A stretch of DNA of 63,949 nucleotides, filler included, from Octopus bimaculoides (Eukaryota): assembly GCF_001194135.2 (NCBI RefSeq). It is 4 parts of 4 records of this genome, joined end to end, with 100 filler letters (N's around TTAATTAATTAA, not from the genome) between each part and the next. Parts side by side here need not be neighbours in the genome. Positions count along the whole stretch, not along the records: positions 53,890 to 63,949 come from NC_069003.1; 3 more parts are not named here. The stretch is one strand, 5' to 3'. Every line of letters begins with the position of its first letter. Position 1 is the first letter of the stretch. The notes under the pieces were generated by a model that saw only the letters and a program-made list of their open reading frames with translations, was not told where the DNA came from and did no database searches. Below are positions 62,927 through 63,949 of this stretch, in pieces. A program made the translations under genes and the position numbers.

Positions 62927-63549
62927 AAATATATCGAGAAATAGAAAACCAATTAAAAACTGCTCAATATTTTATTTTATGTTATTTTCCTTGCAGCAGC
63001 CTACAAACCATGATGGAATAGTTCTTTGTTAACGTCATGTTTGTAAAATCCGATTTTGTACAGTCCGATGATGATCTTCATCAACAGGTGTCGTATTAAA
63101 GAGCAATGAAATTGTTTTAAATGTAATATTTTAGACAACAGATGATAAGGCTTAATATTTCATCGATATCGATAAACTTGTCTAATTAGTTTAAATGTTT
63201 TAAACCACAGAGTCTTGTTGACCCTCAGGTAAACGGATGAGGTTCATGGCATGCACGTGCATTATAGGTGATGCCTTTCACACACACAACTTAATGTTAT
63301 TTCTATAGTCTTAATTTGGTTTACACATTTCCTTTGTCTTCTCAAAACACAACTCCACTCTTAAATTTCAATGGTGTCCAGTGATTTTACACAATATTTT
63401 TACTCAACTCCTTTCTTGGCATATGTGTGTGTTTGCATGTATTTTGCTTTTTGTTCTACAAAACAAAGAATGTGTGCTCAATATATACTTGCATAAGAGG
63501 TGTTTATACAGACGTCTTCATCTGTTCTCTTTCTGGTCCAACGACCCTC

Positions 63550-63843
63550 CATGTTTGTTTTCATTCGGTTTCTTTCAATGTCTCCACTGTCCTGTTTTTT
63601 TGTTTCCAACTTTGACCCTCCAGAAATCCCAAATTTTATTTTGGAATTTATGGGAGCAACTGTCTTCGAAATCTCATATTGTCGTTGAATGCTCGAAATG
63701 AGGAGTAGATGGACAGCTGACAACTGATGAAGGGTCGTTCTGTGTTTACTTGTCCTGTTTTCCATTTTTATCTCTTGTTGTCTGCGTATTTGACTCATTT
63801 GTTTTCGTACTTCATGTTGTTTACAGTTGGTGACGTCCTGTAA
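63550..63843 (+). repeat. Dispersed repeat of the same family as 531-795
   Basis: Direct alignment to the reverse complement of 531-795; flanked by a (TA)n microsatellite like the other copy. Confidence 0.85.
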
Positions 63844-63882
63844 CGATATAAGCATATATTTATATATATATATGTATATATA

Positions 63883-63913
<31 letters not shown>

Positions 63914-63949
63914 TTATTTATATATATATATATATTTATTTATTTATAT

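Noticed and set aside
62927-63949. An overlapping antisense gene at the 3' UTR, as I recall for Drosophila cen/ik2
   Set aside because: No minus-strand coding exon is visible in the remaining 1 kb, only a dispersed repeat and (TA)n.

Overview
Repeat-saturated, AT-rich animal genomic DNA. The SINE families and microsatellite load match my recollection of octopus (Octopus bimaculoides-like); I have not checked this against a database. About 6 kb is N gaps, and three 100-bp spacers (44N-TTAATTAATTAA-44N) mark scaffold joins. The only host gene I can support is the 3' end of a CDR2/CDR2L (centrocortin-family) coiled-coil dynein-adaptor gene on the + strand, with exons at 60991-61215 and 62405-62926 that splice in phase 0. 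The rest is decayed mobile DNA: tRNA-derived SINEs of three families, Penelope-like GIY-YIG, L1/Tx1 endonuclease, R4/Dong RLE retrotransposon and RTE remnants, a hAT/Buster transposase remnant, and mariner and hAT MITEs. The most unusual feature is a 6.6-kb CpG-dense ACGT/AACG satellite (53890-60527) about 460 bp upstream of the penultimate CDR2 exon. It flips orientation about 7 times, reuses its junction motifs, and contains a perfect 160-bp inverted repeat. Also notable are three minimal hammerhead-ribozyme motifs, an RT-less R4/Dong deletion derivative, a possible alternative C-terminus of CDR2, and a promoter-like ETS/YY1/CCAAT cluster at 14.1-14.5 kb.
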